The translations under genes were made by a program, and so were the position numbers. This document shows positions 30,769-39,862 of a DNA stretch of 64,000 nt, in pieces; position 1 is the stretch's first letter; each line of letters starts with the position of its first letter. The notes below the pieces were generated by a model. It saw only the letters and a list, made by a program, of their open reading frames with translations, searched no databases and was not told the DNA's origin. The stretch is taken from NCBI GenBank assembly GCA_019058275.1, contig JAHLVW010000050.1:12834-76833 (forward strand). Reading direction: 5' to 3'. The DNA is from Candidatus Heimdallarchaeota archaeon. GTDB taxonomy: Archaea > Asgardarchaeota > Heimdallarchaeia > JABLTI01.

Positions 30769-32124
30769 ACGAACAAAGAAGATTTACAACCAGTTAGTGA
30801 TGAGTCTTCCACTCAAAATGAGACTTCAGAATCTGGCTTAAATGGAAACAAAAAAGGACTTCTTTGGTTCATCTCAATTTTCAGTCTATCAGCTCAGAGC
30901 TTCTTTATGCAGTTCTTCTCAGTTTTTGCTCGAGAAGTTGGTGTCACTGCTAAGGTTTTAGGATTTATTATGTCTATCAGAAATTTACTTTCTGGTCTTT
31001 TTCAAGGAACCATTGGTCGTTTATCTGACAGAATAGGTAGAAAATATATCCTTATTGTTGGATTTATCCTAAGTTTCGTAATTCCTATACCCCTAATGTT
31101 CTACCATAATCCATACTTCTTGATTTTTGTTGCTGTTATTCAAGCTTTCTCTGTAAGTATAATTATACCTACTTGGAATGCTGTTTTGGGAGATGTTACT
31201 GAACCAAGTTCTAGGGCTACCTTTATAGGAAAAATAACATCAGTAGGTAGAATTTTCTCGGTTGCTATCTCTCTTACTGTCGCAGGTGTTTTTGCCTTAA
31301 TTGAAAATAGGTTTAATGATTCTATTACAATAGGTGGTAATATTATAGAAATTACTTGGGAGATTGAATATGGTTTTGCTTTCGGAGTAGCAGCTTTTAA
31401 CGCACTTCTTTGTTTGATTAGTATGTTTTTCTTAAAAGAAACTCGAGTTGTTTCAGAAGAAAAAAGAAATCACATTCCAAAAATGTGGGTTGCTCTAAAA
31501 GACAAGAGCTTTGTTAAATTCTTAATTGTTAACTCCTTTTTCGGAATTACCATGTCATTAATTTGGCCTGTTAATCCAATTATTCTCTCAGATTTCTTTG
31601 GCCTTGATTTTCCTCAAGTAGCTGTTATGACTTCAGCATTTGCTATTTTTATTGGCATAACAACCATCTTTGGAGGAAAGATTTGTGATAGGATCGGAAG
31701 AAAACCATTAATTGTAATAGCTAATTTCATACTTGTTTTCTTCCCTGTAAGCATGATTCCAGCAATTATAACTGGGAATTGGTTGGTACTTCTTCTTTCC
31801 CGATTTGTGGGTGGCGTTGGAACTGGTCTAAGTTTAGTAGCCATTAATGCTTATACTTTAGATATAGCTCCTAGTGACCTGATGGGTGCTTATTCCGGTA
31901 TTAGAGAGATGTTTTATGGAGTTACTACATTTATTGGTTCTTTTGCTTCTGGTTTCATAATTGATGCATTGGATCTTGTATATGACATCAGAATTGTTGT
32001 CATAGCTATGTCTATTGGAGTAACCTCTTTACGAATAATTGCTGCTACTGGTTTCATTTTCATTGATAAAATAATTCCTAATAGCAATGGTTTGACCAAA
32101 GACATGCATGCGAAATCACGATAA
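30769..32124 (+). CDS. MFS transporter (paralog 1); true start lies upstream of the track ATG 30907
   Basis: GRLSDRIGRK and GKICDRIGRK. The open upstream frame encodes KGLLWFISIFSLSAQSFF, homologous to TM1 of the neighbours. GGAG at 30757 precedes an in-frame ACG at 30769. Confidence 0.8.
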   Translation, partial: TNKEDLQPVSDESSTQNETSESGLNGNKKGLLWFISIFSLSAQSFFMQFFSVFAREVGVTAKVLGFIMSIRNLLSGLFQGTIGRLSDRIGRKYILIVGFILSFVIPIPLMFYHNPYFLIFVAVIQAFSVSIIIPTWNAVLGDVTEPSSRATFIGKITSVGRIFSVAISLTVAGVFALIENRFNDSITIGGNIIEITWEIEYGFAFGVAAFNALLCLISMFFLKETRVVSEEKRNHIPKMWVALKDKSFVKFLIVNSFFGITMSLIWPVNPIILSDFFGLDFPQVAVMTSAFAIFIGITTIFGGKICDRIGRKPLIVIANFILVFFPVSMIPAIITGNWLVLLLSRFVGGVGTGLSLVAINAYTLDIAPSDLMGAYSGIREMFYGVTTFIGSFASGFIIDALDLVYDIRIVVIAMSIGVTSLRIIAATGFIFIDKIIPNSNGLTKDMHAKSR

Positions 32125-32193
32125 GCATAATTCTTTTTTAGGGCAGTAGTAATAGAAAGTTAGGTTAAATACTGGGAGCGTTCCTCTACTAAA

Positions 32194-33501
32194 TTGACTA
32201 TAGAAAACAACGAACATGAAAAGAAGATGACATTTACTGATGATGATGCATCACTTTCATCTGAGGATGAAGAAAAAATCAAACAATCTCAGATGAAACT
32301 TTTCTGGTTAATTTCAATCGGTAACAATAGTTCTCAATTGATCATACTTAATTTCTTTCAATATTTTGCTGCTAGTATTGTTACACAAGGAATACTTGGG
32401 TATGTTACTGCAATTCGTAATTTACTTATTGCTCTATTTCAAGAAACATTTGGTCGGTTAAGTGATAAAAAAGGCAGGAAGTTATTACTTATCATTGGTT
32501 TCTTTCTTAATTTTGTTGCAACAACTCTATTAGCTTTTTCTTATAGTCAAACTATGCTCATCATTGTTGCCACTATTCACGCATTCTCTTTTAGTATCAG
32601 TATCCCTGTTTGGAATGGAGCTTTAGGAGATGTTACTGATATTAAAGGTCGGACAACATTCATTGGCAAACTAGCTGCTGTTGGTCAAGGAGTTGGTGTT
32701 GGCTTAATGATAATTTTAGCTGGAACCTTCTATATTCTCGAGCGCTTTTACGATAAAACATTCGATTGGAAAGTGGAATATGGAATCATTTTCGCTGTAA
32801 GTGCAGCTTTACTATTAATAAGTGCTATTAGTGTACTTTTCTTTAATGAAACTAGAAAGGTAGACGAAGACAGTGAGTATCCAAAATTACTTAATGCATT
32901 CAAAAATAAACCTTTTAGAAATTTCATACTAGTAAACAGTGTCTTTGGTATAAGTATGGCAGTACTTTGGCCAATATACCCAGTAATTCAAGTAATTACA
33001 CTTGATATGACTATTAATGAATTGATAATAGTGTCAGTAATATATGCTGGTTTCTTCAGCATTTCAAGCTACTTTGGAGGAAAAATTGGGGATAGGTTCG
33101 GACGTAAACCAATATTATTTACAACTAGATTCATTTTGTTAACAGTATCTCTTTTTTATATTCCAGCAGTAATTTTTGATTCTTGGTATTTTGTAATACT
33201 AACAAATATTATTAGTGGCATCTGTAATGGTGCATTTTTCGTTACTATGAATGCTTATGCATTAGATCTTGCTTCAGATGATACAAAAGGTAGCTATTCA
33301 GGATTGGTTCAGGTTTCATGGGGTATCTCTACGTTTATTGGTTCACTTGCTGCAGGATTTATTGCAGAAGCAATTACTAAAACATATAATGAGTACACAA
33401 TGATTTTAGCAACTACAATAGCTATTGCAATAATGAGAGCTATTGCAGCTTTGGGTTATTTGTTTGTAAAAGAAAGCTTGCCAAAAGAAAATCGCTCTTA
33501 A
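32194..33501 (+). CDS. MFS transporter (paralog 2)
   Basis: GRLSDKKGRK, WNGALGDVT, GKIGDRFGRK. Confidence 0.9.
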   Translation: MTIENNEHEKKMTFTDDDASLSSEDEEKIKQSQMKLFWLISIGNNSSQLIILNFFQYFAASIVTQGILGYVTAIRNLLIALFQETFGRLSDKKGRKLLLIIGFFLNFVATTLLAFSYSQTMLIIVATIHAFSFSISIPVWNGALGDVTDIKGRTTFIGKLAAVGQGVGVGLMIILAGTFYILERFYDKTFDWKVEYGIIFAVSAALLLISAISVLFFNETRKVDEDSEYPKLLNAFKNKPFRNFILVNSVFGISMAVLWPIYPVIQVITLDMTINELIIVSVIYAGFFSISSYFGGKIGDRFGRKPILFTTRFILLTVSLFYIPAVIFDSWYFVILTNIISGICNGAFFVTMNAYALDLASDDTKGSYSGLVQVSWGISTFIGSLAAGFIAEAITKTYNEYTMILATTIAIAIMRAIAALGYLFVKESLPKENRS

Positions 33502-33541
33502 AATGGTCCGTACCAATATCGGTACAATTGTTTAAATTCTA

Positions 33542-34975
33542 TTGAATTTGCTAACAAACATCACATTTCAAATATATCTACTTGGATTTGAAAATAGTTT
33601 GGATAATGATAAAACAATTGATGCAACTGATCTTTACGATAAAGTTATAGTTGAAACTAAAGAAGAGCAAATATATGATGATATAGAGGAAATCGATACA
33701 AAAGGAAACAAGAAATCTACTTTCTGGTTAATTTCGGTTTTTAGTGCAACAGGGCAATTTTTCTTTGGTAATTTCTTCTCAGCTTTTGCAGCAGAAGCAG
33801 GAGTTTCTGGTGGATTAATGGGTTTTATGACCTCAATTCGCAATCTTCTAAGCTCAATTTTACAAGGAAATATCGGATTTCTCAGTGATAAAATTGGTCG
33901 TAAACTCATAATGTTAATTGGTATGATACTTAATTTTGCTATTACTATTCCTTTGCTTTTTTTTGAAAACATAGGTCTCCTTATAGCTGTAGCTATAATT
34001 CAAGCTTTTTCGTTAAGCATATTTATCCCTGCTTGGAATGCTGTATTAGGAGATGTAACAAAACCTGCGTTTCGAGCAACGTTTATTGGTAGAATTGCTT
34101 CTATTGGCAGGTTAGTTTCTGTTTCATTTTCAATAATAATTGCAATTATTTTCTATTTAGCTGATGTGGTATATTATGGTCAAGAGATTCTTGGATGGAC
34201 AGTAAACATTCCTTGGAGAATACAATATAGTATTGCATTTGGTATTGCAGCTTTTAACTCGATAATTTGTACTATTCTGATTTTTACAATGAAGGAAACA
34301 AGGATAGAAGACAAAGAAGTGAAAAAACCAGAAATGCGAGTGGCTTTTAAAGATAGAAGCTTCATGAAATTTGTTATTTTTTACTCATTATTCGGTTTGA
34401 GTATGTCTTTCATGTGGCCATTAAATCCAATTATCCAAGTTAACGTTTTAAATATGGAATTCTATCAAATTGCGGTAATTACATCTGTGTTCACTATGGT
34501 TATGAGTATTACACAGTTATTTGCTGGTCGTTTAGGAGATAGAATTGGTAGAAGACCAGTATTTATTGTTGGAGGATTTATTCTAGTTCTCTATCCCATT
34601 AGTCAACTACCTGCTATCATTACTGGTAATTGGTTGTGGCAAATACTTGGCAACACAATAGCAGGTTTAGGAACAGGAACATTTTTTGTTGCATTAGGAG
34701 CCCTAACTCTCGATTTAGCGCCTGAAGATCTTATGGGTGCTTATTCAGGCATTAGAGAAATGTTCTTTGGGATTGCTACTTTCATTGGTTCATTATCCGC
34801 AGGATTTCTCGTAGATTTCTTGGCTAAGCATTTTGGACTTGATAATACTACAATTTACATGTGTATTGGAATCTCAATTTTGAGAGTTCTTGCAGCTATA
34901 GGCTTCTTCTTTGTTGCAGAAAGTTTGCCAAAGGAAAAACGAGTTAACAATCATAGAACGAAAATAGGCAAATAA
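33542..34975 (+). CDS. MFS transporter (paralog 3)
   Basis: LSDKIGRK, WNAVLGDVT, GRLGDRIGRR; start may be slightly downstream. Confidence 0.9.
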   Translation: MNLLTNITFQIYLLGFENSLDNDKTIDATDLYDKVIVETKEEQIYDDIEEIDTKGNKKSTFWLISVFSATGQFFFGNFFSAFAAEAGVSGGLMGFMTSIRNLLSSILQGNIGFLSDKIGRKLIMLIGMILNFAITIPLLFFENIGLLIAVAIIQAFSLSIFIPAWNAVLGDVTKPAFRATFIGRIASIGRLVSVSFSIIIAIIFYLADVVYYGQEILGWTVNIPWRIQYSIAFGIAAFNSIICTILIFTMKETRIEDKEVKKPEMRVAFKDRSFMKFVIFYSLFGLSMSFMWPLNPIIQVNVLNMEFYQIAVITSVFTMVMSITQLFAGRLGDRIGRRPVFIVGGFILVLYPISQLPAIITGNWLWQILGNTIAGLGTGTFFVALGALTLDLAPEDLMGAYSGIREMFFGIATFIGSLSAGFLVDFLAKHFGLDNTTIYMCIGISILRVLAAIGFFFVAESLPKEKRVNNHRTKIGK

Positions 34976-34981
34976 TTTCAG

Positions 34982-36409
34982 TTACTTTGTTTGTGATTGG
35001 TCATCTGTGCAAGAATAAACTACAGTAGATTCGTCTTTCGTTTCTTGAAGAATTTCTAACCTACGTTCCTTAGTTAAACTTTCATCCATAAAGAAAAATC
35101 CCATTGATGCAAGGAATCTAATCACAGCAATAATACTAAATAAAATTATTACCATTTTTATGGTGCCTACATTTGTTTCCACTTTAGCAGCTATGAATCC
35201 AAAACTTAGTGATCCAATGAAAGTCATTACTCCCCAACCTAGCTGATTTAATCCTGAATATGCGCCCATTTGATCACTAGGGGCAATATCCAAAAGGTAT
35301 GCATTATGTGCAACAGTTACTGCTCCCATTGCTGTTCCCCCAATAATATTTGAAAGTAGGAGCATTCTCCAGTCTCCCATAAATACTGAACTAATCATTA
35401 CAATTGGAATAGTGAACATTGATACTCTGCCAAAGATGATTAGTGGTTTTCTACCTATCCTATCACCAAGTCTACCACCTAAGAATTGAGCTAAACTTGA
35501 ACAAATAGTAAAAGTAGCATTTATTATTGCGATTTCAAAGAAGTCCATTTCAAGAATTTTAATTTGAGCAATTGGAAATATTGGCCACATTGTAGACATA
35601 ATGAGTCCAAAAATTGAATTTATAATGAAATATTTTGTAAAGGTTTTATCTTTAAGAGCTACCCACATTTTTGGTTGAACTTTTTTTCCTTGATTTGCTC
35701 TTGTTTCTTTTAGAAAGAAAACACCTACAATGCACAATAGAAAATTAAAGCCTGCTACCAAGAAAGCAACTCCATACTGCATTTCCCATTCAGTAAAAAC
35801 CAAATTGCCTATGCTAAAACCCCAATCAACTTTATCTTTAGTAACTTCGAAGATTGTTGCTAATATTAACATAGAACTAACTGAAACAGCTGTTCCTAAA
35901 GCAGATAATTTACCCATATAGCCAGCTCTTTCTCGTATTTTTGTAACATCACCTAAAGTAGCATTCCAAACTGGTATTATTAAACTTAAAGAGAACGCTT
36001 GAATGACAGATACAATGATAAGCATGTATGGTTGATGAAGAAATACAAGAACAATCATAGTCGAAAATCCTAGGAAAAATCCCACTAACAGGATATATCT
36101 TCGACCGATTTTGTCTGATAATCGACCTATAGTCCCTTGAAATATAGAGCTCATTAAATTCCTGATAGAAGTCATAAAACCTAATGCTTCAGTTTGAATT
36201 CCAGCTTGAACTGCGAAAGCTGAAAAGAAATTAAATAGAAAAGATTGTCCCGTAGCATTGCCAATAGAAATTAATCGAAATAGATTTGTTCTTACTTTAG
36301 CATCCTGAGCTTCCTTTTCTGTTTCATCACAAAGAATTTCTTCTTTACAACTTAAAGAACCTTGTGAATCTTCATCAAAATCCTCTTCAAAGGGTAACTC
36401 TTCTTTCAT
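34982..36409 (-). CDS. MFS transporter (paralog 4)
   Basis: GRLSDKIGRR, WNATLGDVT, GRLGDRIGRK. Confidence 0.9.
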   Translation of the reverse strand: MKEELPFEEDFDEDSQGSLSCKEEILCDETEKEAQDAKVRTNLFRLISIGNATGQSFLFNFFSAFAVQAGIQTEALGFMTSIRNLMSSIFQGTIGRLSDKIGRRYILLVGFFLGFSTMIVLVFLHQPYMLIIVSVIQAFSLSLIIPVWNATLGDVTKIRERAGYMGKLSALGTAVSVSSMLILATIFEVTKDKVDWGFSIGNLVFTEWEMQYGVAFLVAGFNFLLCIVGVFFLKETRANQGKKVQPKMWVALKDKTFTKYFIINSIFGLIMSTMWPIFPIAQIKILEMDFFEIAIINATFTICSSLAQFLGGRLGDRIGRKPLIIFGRVSMFTIPIVMISSVFMGDWRMLLLSNIIGGTAMGAVTVAHNAYLLDIAPSDQMGAYSGLNQLGWGVMTFIGSLSFGFIAAKVETNVGTIKMVIILFSIIAVIRFLASMGFFFMDESLTKERRLEILQETKDESTVVYSCTDDQSQTK

Positions 36410-36623
36410 TTAAAACAGCTCTAAAGTTAAAACAATTTTTTAAACGTTCAATTGAATTTAAACATTTGTAAAGTTGTTAGAATTTCGAGAAAATAGAAAA
36501 GCAAAGGTTCAATTCTATAGACGAATTTTCCCCGACAAATATGTTTATAGTTATAAATGATTTGAGTTCTTGCAAAAACATCTGTGATGATTGGAATGAT
36601 AGGTATATTAGCCTGATGGTTGG

Positions 36624-36935
36624 GTGCTTAAACCCGATGATACTTTAACCTTTTCAATGGAAGCAGTAATTTTTCTTGGTTTTATAATCAAAAGCATTTT
36701 TCTCTTTTTACTTCACAATAAATTTCCACAACTTACAAGAAATGGTTGGATTGAATTGGTAATTGGGGCACCATGTATTGCTCTTAAAGGTCTCTTTGAT
36801 GGACTAGATACTATTGCACCTGATGGATTATCACATGATATATTTGATAGTAGGGAAGCAACATTCATGTTTATTGGTTTAATACTACTTGGTGTAGGTT
36901 TACTCCGCATAGCGTTATATAGCGCAAAAGTTTGA
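36624..36935 (+). CDS. Small 3-TM membrane protein A (5' end possibly damaged)
   Basis: Aligns by eye with the next ORF. An out-of-frame ATG at 36596 suggests an N-terminal frameshift. Confidence 0.5.
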   Translation: MLKPDDTLTFSMEAVIFLGFIIKSIFLFLLHNKFPQLTRNGWIELVIGAPCIALKGLFDGLDTIAPDGLSHDIFDSREATFMFIGLILLGVGLLRIALYSAKV

Positions 36936-36949
36936 GAGGTACACTAGAA

Positions 36950-37345
36950 ATGCCAACAATAGCAGCATTTATTGATCATTGGATTACAGAATTTAATCTT
37001 TCAGATGTTAGAGATATAATACTCGAATCTTTAGCAATTGTTGCGTTTCTATTCTTGCTAGTTGTTATTATTATTGCTATGACAAAAGCTCCAATGCTTA
37101 TAGGCCATGGTTCAATAGAGATGTTTATCTTTGTGATTCTTGATTTAGCACATGCAGGAATGAATCTATTTGATGAATTTGCTTGGATTACAAATTATGA
37201 TCTCTGGAAGTCATTGAAAGATATTTTCTTATTAGCTGGTGCAGTAGTCTTAGTTATAGGATTCTTCAGATTCTTTTTGTTTTCCGCAAGATTATTTGGA
37301 GAAGATATTAAGAAACCAATCTCTGAAGAAGTCGTTGAATATTAA
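36950..37345 (+). CDS. Small 3-TM membrane protein B
   Basis: GAGGT RBS at 36936 and ATG 36950 (MPTIAAF); three hydrophobic segments. Confidence 0.7.
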   Translation: MPTIAAFIDHWITEFNLSDVRDIILESLAIVAFLFLLVVIIIAMTKAPMLIGHGSIEMFIFVILDLAHAGMNLFDEFAWITNYDLWKSLKDIFLLAGAVVLVIGFFRFFLFSARLFGEDIKKPISEEVVEY

Positions 37346-37359
37346 GTGTTAAAAGGCAG

Positions 37360-38289
37360 ATGGAAAATCCTTTTAACAACTTCTTATATTTTAAACTTAA
37401 AGTTGATATGATAAGAATGATTGATGAATTCTTTATCCTGAGAAGAGATGGATTACCTTTATTCCATATTACACTGGAAGAGAATTCATATATTATTCAA
37501 ATGCCAACAGATCTTTTTGCAGGTTTTTCCAGTGCAATAGTTGCTTTTGCTTCTGAGCTAGGATCTGGTCATTTATCCAAAATTGAAATAGAAGATCAGA
37601 TTTACGTTTATAAGGTTATGAAAGATTTCATTACAGTAGCAAGAATATCGTCTGATGATGACGAAACAACAGCTGAACATGTAGTGGCAATTCTTTACAG
37701 AGAATTTGTAAGTGAATATAGAGATGAGCTTAAAGACTATGAGGGGACTGTTAGAAGAGATGTGTTCTTCCCCTTTTCTGAAAAGGTAAAAGAGATAATT
37801 GCTAAGTGTGAGAGAATAGCTAAGAAAAACCCTCATCTGCTAGCAAACATACCCCCCAGTATTGAATTAGATGCTATAGAGAAATTAAGTGACTTTTCTG
37901 AAGAACTCGTTGATTTTTTCCCAGAAGCAACTATCAAGCTAACCAAAGAATTTCAAAGGAAGTTACCTGATGATTTAATGAATTATACCATGTTCAAATT
38001 AGGGAAAGAAGTTGGTAAGGATGTTGCTCAAAAGAAAATCAAAAAGAAAGTGAATGATAAATCACTCATGAAGTTACTTAAGAAAATCAGTGTTTGTTCT
38101 TTAGATGAAAATATTGTTACTCTTCGAATCTGTCCTTTCTGTAGAGGAAGAGAAACAGAAGAACATGATTGTGATTTCGTTGCAGGATTTATTGAAGGAG
38201 CATATAACGATTCAAGTATTTCAGCAAGAGAGATCAATTGCCATGCTGTTGGTGATAAGCATTGTAAATTTAGAATTTACAAAAATTAA
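37360..38289 (+). CDS. Longin-like + V4R domain fusion protein
   Basis: IDEFFILRRDGLPLFH...LFAGFSSAIVAFASEL (Asgard longin-like); C-terminal CPFC...CDFVAGFIEG...EINCHAVGDKHCKF (V4R). Start probably internal (MIRMID). Confidence 0.75.
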   Translation: MENPFNNFLYFKLKVDMIRMIDEFFILRRDGLPLFHITLEENSYIIQMPTDLFAGFSSAIVAFASELGSGHLSKIEIEDQIYVYKVMKDFITVARISSDDDETTAEHVVAILYREFVSEYRDELKDYEGTVRRDVFFPFSEKVKEIIAKCERIAKKNPHLLANIPPSIELDAIEKLSDFSEELVDFFPEATIKLTKEFQRKLPDDLMNYTMFKLGKEVGKDVAQKKIKKKVNDKSLMKLLKKISVCSLDENIVTLRICPFCRGRETEEHDCDFVAGFIEGAYNDSSISAREINCHAVGDKHCKFRIYKN

Positions 38290-38307
38290 TGATTTTATGA
38301 TTCAATT

Positions 38308-39777
38308 CTAGATTTTTACTTCTTTATAGAAATCAGGATGATACCTTACAGTTCTACTTTTTCCTTGTCCATAGATTTCTAATTTTAGCTTATTTACTAA
38401 TTTAATCTCATCTAATATAAACAAATCATTATCAAGACCTCGTTGGAAGAGATCAAAACTATAAAGTGAATCATAAAGATCTTTCTTGAAATCTTCTTCA
38501 TTCTTAACAAATTCAGGTTCAACAGATAAAATGATTTTTGGTCTGAAATTTTCTCTAGTAACAAGTACTTCCCAAAGATTTACTTTTCCTGAATTGAATT
38601 CTTTACGTAGTAATTGATCGAAAATAATCGCTGAAAGCCTGATAATTCCTAGATTTATTATGCTATCAGTTCTTCCAATGATCTTTACTTTTGGACCATC
38701 TTCTCCACAACTACATTCATCTGATGAAACAATCTTTATTGAATCTCTAACACGATAACGAATCATTGGTAAAGCTTCTTTGAAATCGGTTATTACCATT
38801 TCTCCGGTCATTCCCTTCTCAGCTTCTGAAAAAAGAACCGCTTCTGGGACATATTCGGGATCATTAGCTTCTTTTTCCAATTCTTTTTCTGGAATTATTT
38901 CCATTATCGCATTCTCACTTGGAAAGTGCATACCATTATGTTCTTGACATTCATATCCTCCACTAAATCCTTCTGTGAATGCAAAAAGATCAAATGCTTC
39001 AAGACCCCATTTATCTTCAATTGCTTTTCTGAAAGGATCCAATGATTCTCCTCCAAAGAATCCATGAGTCATGTCTTTGAAAATATTTTTAGGATAAATC
39101 TTCTTTATTTTTGTAGCAATTGAAGCTATTCTAAGCTTGATACTTTTTTGTATTTCAGCTTGTCTTTTCAATATTTTAGGAGTATTTTCAGCTACTTCTT
39201 CTGCCATTCTTAGTGCAAGAGATGGTGTTCCTAATATAACAGTAGGTTTTCGTTTCATCAACAAACCAAAACCATCTTGTACATATTCAGGCGTAAATGC
39301 TAAAACTTCAATAGGATATCCTAAATCACCAGTATTTTGTAGCAATTTAAATGGAGCAATTCCTGAGATAAAAGGAGGAGGTAGAACTATAGATAGAACT
39401 CTTGCTTTAGCTGAAACGAATTTTAGGAGTGTTTTAGCTAGTCCAATTCCAGCTATCTTATAATCATTAAATGTCCAAGGTATCCACTTCTTATTACCCA
39501 TTGACCCAGATGTCGTATACCAAAAACCAACTGTTTCTGTTAAGATTATGTCTTCAACAGTATTGTTTTCCCAAGTAATTCTTAAATCATCAGCACTTAT
39601 GAAAGGTAGTGATTTTAATCCTTTGTAGCCTTTTAATTTAGAAATATCAACTTTTGTTTCCTTCCACTTGTTATGATAGAGTGCTGATTTGTAGGCTTTT
39701 TGTAATAACTCAGTATCATCTATCCGTTTCTCATGAGCATTATAGAGTTCTTGGTATTGGGACAAACATTTCAACAT
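38308..39777 (-). CDS. Phenylacetate-CoA ligase/GH3-like adenylating enzyme
   Basis: TTSGSMGNKKWIP, FGGESL, FAFTEG, PMIRYRVRD, IGRTD. Confidence 0.75.
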   Translation of the reverse strand: MLKCLSQYQELYNAHEKRIDDTELLQKAYKSALYHNKWKETKVDISKLKGYKGLKSLPFISADDLRITWENNTVEDIILTETVGFWYTTSGSMGNKKWIPWTFNDYKIAGIGLAKTLLKFVSAKARVLSIVLPPPFISGIAPFKLLQNTGDLGYPIEVLAFTPEYVQDGFGLLMKRKPTVILGTPSLALRMAEEVAENTPKILKRQAEIQKSIKLRIASIATKIKKIYPKNIFKDMTHGFFGGESLDPFRKAIEDKWGLEAFDLFAFTEGFSGGYECQEHNGMHFPSENAIMEIIPEKELEKEANDPEYVPEAVLFSEAEKGMTGEMVITDFKEALPMIRYRVRDSIKIVSSDECSCGEDGPKVKIIGRTDSIINLGIIRLSAIIFDQLLRKEFNSGKVNLWEVLVTRENFRPKIILSVEPEFVKNEEDFKKDLYDSLYSFDLFQRGLDNDLFILDEIKLVNKLKLEIYGQGKSRTVRYHPDFYKEVKI

Positions 39778-39862
39778 CCTTAAATTACATTACCGTTATA
39801 TGAGCTATAGTTGGATATATAAAAATAGCTTAAACCGTAAAAATGTGTAAACTTCGTTATAT

